From NCBI GenBank assembly GCA_048940645.1, contig JBHLOI010000088.1, forward strand, positions 1 to 10,632: 10,632 nt of DNA. The letters run 5' to 3'. Position numbers and translations under genes: made by a program. Each line of letters starts with the position of its first letter. Positions within the stretch are counted from its first letter, which is position 1. Below the pieces are notes generated by a model. It made no database searches. It had not been told where the DNA came from and saw only the letters and a list, made by a program, of their open reading frames with translations. This document shows positions 7,255-10,632 of this stretch, one piece after another. This DNA is from Promethearchaeota archaeon (lineage in GTDB: Archaea > Asgardarchaeota > Lokiarchaeia > Sigyniarchaeales > SOKP01).

Positions 7255-8526
7255 ATGCTAAGAGTAGGTATAATTGGATGTGGAGATATCGCCAATTTAA
7301 ATGTATTAGGATACTTGGGGTCTCAAGACACTGAACTTATTGCTGTTTGTGATACTGATATTAGAAGTGCTGGAGAAAAATTAGAACGATGGGGATTAAG
7401 ATCCATTAAAATATATAAAGATTATAAAAAGATGATAGATCATGAGGATTTAGATATTGTAGAAATTTTAACACCGCACCATCTTCATTTTCCAATGACA
7501 GAATACTGTGCTCAAGCAGGTGTTCCAGGTATTTCAGTACAAAAACCATTAGCACATACTATTACAGATTGCGAGAAAATGATCCATGTTTGTAAACAAG
7601 AAGAAGTAAAATTAAAGTTATATGAGAATTTTAGGTTCTATCCGATTTTCCTAAAAGCAAAAGAACTTCTTGATCAAGGAATTATTGGAGAATTGCTTAA
7701 CTTCAGAATAAATACTATTGTAACGGCAGGTCCTGCTATCACCATATTTTCGAGAGGTTTAAAATCGCTTATATGGAGAATGAAAGTGGAAACCTGTGGG
7801 GGTGGCCTCCTTATTTATGATGATGGAATACATAAATTTTCAATGGCACTTTGGTTAATGGGAGAACGATACGTCGAGAAAGTTTATAGTTGGATAAATT
7901 ACTTTACAGGATTGGCAGATATTCCAAGTTATATTTTTTGGAAATATCCTAGTAAAAATTCAGATGAACCTCCAAAATATGGCTCAATGCAGTTTACGTA
8001 TGCTCCAAATTTGTATTATCCTAGTAATTATTATGATTGCGACGAATATATTGAAATTTCGGGAACTAAAGGTATAATGTGGTTGAATCAGTGCACTTCA
8101 GCAGGAAATTTTGTTTCTAGAAGCCCACAGTCTCCACCTGTGGTTGTATATTTGGATGGAGAGGTGAAATCATTTGGAGAAAATCTACCGAGAGACTGGA
8201 GATATTCATTTATTAATTCTACGGAGCATTTTATTAACGTCATGAAAAGTGGTGGAAAGCCCATTTATACAGGAGAAGAAGGGAAAAATCTATGCATTTT
8301 TGCTAAAATGCCCTATATTTCTCAACAACAAAAGCGTCCAGTTCATTGGGAGGAAATTACTGTTGAAAGTGAGCAAAATGGGGAGTGCGTTGTAAAACAA
8401 CCCGAAATTCAGGACATGAGTGGTTTATCAAAATTTAATAGGATGAAAAAAAGAGATATGCGTAAAGGTATTAGAGATGGATTGAAGCATCAACAATTCA
8501 AATTCCAATATGATTATGAGGTATAA
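7255..8526 (+). CDS. Gfo/Idh/MocA-family NAD(P)-dependent oxidoreductase (paralog A, C-terminally extended)
   Basis: Rossmann motif VGIIGCGDIA, DIVEILTPHHLH, SVQKP, ENFRFYP, IIGEL and GGGLLIYDDGIH (DxxxH). Confidence 0.9.
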   Translation: MLRVGIIGCGDIANLNVLGYLGSQDTELIAVCDTDIRSAGEKLERWGLRSIKIYKDYKKMIDHEDLDIVEILTPHHLHFPMTEYCAQAGVPGISVQKPLAHTITDCEKMIHVCKQEEVKLKLYENFRFYPIFLKAKELLDQGIIGELLNFRINTIVTAGPAITIFSRGLKSLIWRMKVETCGGGLLIYDDGIHKFSMALWLMGERYVEKVYSWINYFTGLADIPSYIFWKYPSKNSDEPPKYGSMQFTYAPNLYYPSNYYDCDEYIEISGTKGIMWLNQCTSAGNFVSRSPQSPPVVVYLDGEVKSFGENLPRDWRYSFINSTEHFINVMKSGGKPIYTGEEGKNLCIFAKMPYISQQQKRPVHWEEITVESEQNGECVVKQPEIQDMSGLSKFNRMKKRDMRKGIRDGLKHQQFKFQYDYEV

Positions 8527-8545
8527 TTTAAACAAATTTCATGGA

Positions 8546-9649
8546 TTACATATCATCAAGTAAAATTTCTTTTCCCAATTCTGTTGAGTTGATAGCAGCT
8601 AGGTTAAATTTCAAAATCTTTCTTGCATATTCTCCAGATAAATTTGGTTCTCTATATCCTTTTACTGCTTCAATAAAATGGTGAGTTGCATTTATAAAAC
8701 TAAATTTCCAATCATTATCAAAATCTCTATAGGTTTCTACTTTACCATCTCTTATTATACTAACAGGAGGAAAAGTTTCTGAATCAGTCATAATGTTTCC
8801 TATTGAAGTTCCTTGATTAATACGCATTATTCCTCTGCTTGCTATTATTTCAATAAATTCATCAGTTGGATAATATTTTGAAGGGATTGTCATATCTGGC
8901 ATTAAAGAGAATTCCATATGACCATATTGGGGGATAAGATGTTCAATACTTTGTTTATATTTAAACATAACATATGCGGGAGCATCCCTACCTTGATATG
9001 TGTCTGTCCATGCAAACACTTTCTCAATCTCTTCATTAAACAACCAATGGGCAAGAACGAACGCATGCCATCCATTATCAAGTAAAACTGGAGATCCTTT
9101 TCGAGCCCCACCAACCTTTTTAGGACTTTTTCTCCAAATTTCAGCACTTTCTGGCGTTTTCCAACCTCCCTTTGCACCTATCGCAATTTTAATTCGTATA
9201 GATGAGGGGTCTCCAATATAATCTTGATCGATTAATTCCTTTGCTTTTCTAATATGCGGAGCAAAAATAAAATTCTCATAAATGGATAATATCGATCCAA
9301 ATTCTTTACATGTTTCAATCATCGAGTTGGCTTCTTCTAGAGTCAATGCCATGGGTTTTTGAACAGAAATACCTTTAACACCACTTTTAGCTGCTGTGAT
9401 TGTTGCTTCAGCATGTAAATGATGAGGAAGAAGAATTTCAACAATATCTAATTCTTCTTTTTTTAACATTTCTCTATAATCCGAGTATAGAGTAATGTCT
9501 TTCCCTAAATTAAATTTTTTAATTTTACTTTTTGCTTTTTCTATTGTTCTATTACATAATGAGACAATTTCTATTTCCTTATTATCTAAGTATCCGAGGA
9601 TATTTAAATCAAAAATTACACCTGTTCCTATGAAACCTACTTTGAACAT
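8546..9649 (-). CDS. Gfo/Idh/MocA-family NAD(P)-dependent oxidoreductase (paralog B)
   Basis: VGFIGTGVI, DIVEILLPHHLH, SVQKPMA, ENFIFAP, YIGDP and VLLDNGWH (DxxxH). Confidence 0.9.
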   Translation of the reverse strand: MFKVGFIGTGVIFDLNILGYLDNKEIEIVSLCNRTIEKAKSKIKKFNLGKDITLYSDYREMLKKEELDIVEILLPHHLHAEATITAAKSGVKGISVQKPMALTLEEANSMIETCKEFGSILSIYENFIFAPHIRKAKELIDQDYIGDPSSIRIKIAIGAKGGWKTPESAEIWRKSPKKVGGARKGSPVLLDNGWHAFVLAHWLFNEEIEKVFAWTDTYQGRDAPAYVMFKYKQSIEHLIPQYGHMEFSLMPDMTIPSKYYPTDEFIEIIASRGIMRINQGTSIGNIMTDSETFPPVSIIRDGKVETYRDFDNDWKFSFINATHHFIEAVKGYREPNLSGEYARKILKFNLAAINSTELGKEILLDDM

Positions 9650-9675
9650 AACGATTATTAAAGTGGTTTATTAAA

Positions 9676-9688
9676 TTTATATAAATCT
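9676..9688 (-). promoter_or_regulatory. Archaeal TATA box for oxidoreductase B (AGATTTATATAAA on the minus strand)
   Basis: TTTATATA ends about 26-28 nt upstream of ATG 9649, the canonical spacing for a leaderless or short-leader archaeal transcript. No SD sequence is evident. Confidence 0.6.
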
Positions 9689-9753
9689 AAAATTTCCAAT
9701 CAGTTGATTTTTCTCTATTTGGATCAGATTGAAGAGTGAAAATTGCATAAGTG

Positions 9754-9761
9754 TTTATAAA
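9754..9761 (+). promoter_or_regulatory. Candidate TATA box (TTTATAAA) for the DDAH gene
   Basis: Consensus-like TATA ending 45 nt upstream of ATG 9807 in the divergent intergenic region. Confidence 0.4.
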
Positions 9762-9806
9762 GAACTATTGGTTTTCATCTAATAGTTAAGTAAATAGTAA
9801 GAAATT

Positions 9807-10568
9807 ATGTTCGAATACGCCATTGTTAGAAAACCTTGTAGAAACTTTAAACATGGTCTTAAAGATGCAGATTTAGGAATCCCTGATTACAAAAAAGCTC
9901 TTTCTCAACACAATATTTATGTTCAAGCTTTAAAAAGGTGTGGAATTCAAGTTATTGAATTGAAAGCAGATGAGAGGTATCCAGATTCCACATTTGTAGA
10001 AGACACTGCTATTACAGATAAAGGATTTGCGATAATTTTGAACATGGGCGCACCAAGTAGAAGGGGAGAAGAAATTGAAATAGAAAATGTATTAAATAAT
10101 TTCTATGATAATATTGAGAGAATTTATCATCCTGGAACCGTTGATGGTGGAGATGTTATGAAGGTTGAGAATCATTACTATATAGGAATATCAAGAAGGA
10201 CTAATTTGGAAGGAGCAAATCAATTAGTTAAAATCTTTAAAAAAAATAATTACTTATGCTCTAAAATTCCATTAATTAATTTACTCCATCTGAAAACAGG
10301 GATATCATATATTGGGGATAATAATGTTATAGCTGTTGATAAATTTAGAAAGCTACCCCATTTTAAAAGATTTAATATAATTTATACTAATGAAAACGAA
10401 CAATATGGGGCAAATAGTATAAGAGTTAATAAATATGTTCTAATCCCTAAGGGTTGTAATATTTTAAGCAACTCCTTAAAATCATTAAAATATAAATTAT
10501 TAGAGTTGGATCTTTCAGAATTTAGAAAAATGGATGGAGGTCTTTCTTGTTTATCACTTAGATTCTAA
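9807..10568 (+). CDS. ddah: N(G),N(G)-dimethylarginine dimethylaminohydrolase (amidinotransferase superfamily)
   Basis: 253 aa with PDSTFVEDTA, SRRGE, DGGDV, RTN, LHLKTG (catalytic His) and C-terminal KMDGGLSCLSLRF (catalytic Cys). Length and termini resemble Pseudomonas-type DDAH. Confidence 0.88.
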   Translation: MFEYAIVRKPCRNFKHGLKDADLGIPDYKKALSQHNIYVQALKRCGIQVIELKADERYPDSTFVEDTAITDKGFAIILNMGAPSRRGEEIEIENVLNNFYDNIERIYHPGTVDGGDVMKVENHYYIGISRRTNLEGANQLVKIFKKNNYLCSKIPLINLLHLKTGISYIGDNNVIAVDKFRKLPHFKRFNIIYTNENEQYGANSIRVNKYVLIPKGCNILSNSLKSLKYKLLELDLSEFRKMDGGLSCLSLRF

Positions 10569-10632
10569 AATTGCATAAACTAATTTTATTTGAATGAACT
10601 TTTTAAGAAATATTAAAATAGTAAAATTATAA

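Noticed and set aside
8902-9221. ORFs 8902-9177 (-) and 9000-9221 (+)
   Set aside because: Alternative-frame or antisense ORFs nested in oxidoreductase B; no independent evidence.
5971-9809. ATT immediately before ATG in three genes (5976, 7255, 9807)
   Set aside because: Short AT-rich context and a small sample; compatible with chance or general start-context bias.
1-10632. CRISPR array, tRNA/rRNA, IS element or integrase
   Set aside because: No periodic repeats, GC-rich structured RNA segments or transposase/recombinase motifs were seen, and intergenic spaces are short and AT-rich.

Overview
AT-rich, gene-dense archaeal chromosomal segment; an Asgard/Lokiarchaeia-like origin is my inference from composition and gene content, not something the sequence proves. 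The core is a compact minus-strand ether-lipid cluster: SEC59/DGK1/VTE5-family CTP-dependent lipid kinase -> geranylgeranyl reductase -> group II GGGP synthase -> DGGGP synthase (UbiA family). It overlaps tail-to-tail with an amino (NPPY) DNA methyltransferase that contains an A11 tract and has no restriction partner in the window. Divergent from the lipid cluster are a truncated GH3 beta-glucosidase remnant, an anaerobic sulfatase maturase-like radical SAM/SPASM enzyme with a SEC-C tail, two convergent paralogous Gfo/Idh/MocA oxidoreductases with a QKP motif and an identical upstream 13-mer, and a bacterial-type dimethylarginine dimethylaminohydrolase. The strongest candidate for an undescribed system is the lipid kinase heading the GGR-GGGPS-DGGGPS cluster, which suggests an archaeol or prenol salvage/recycling route into ether-lipid synthesis. 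No RNA genes, CRISPR arrays or transposases were seen.
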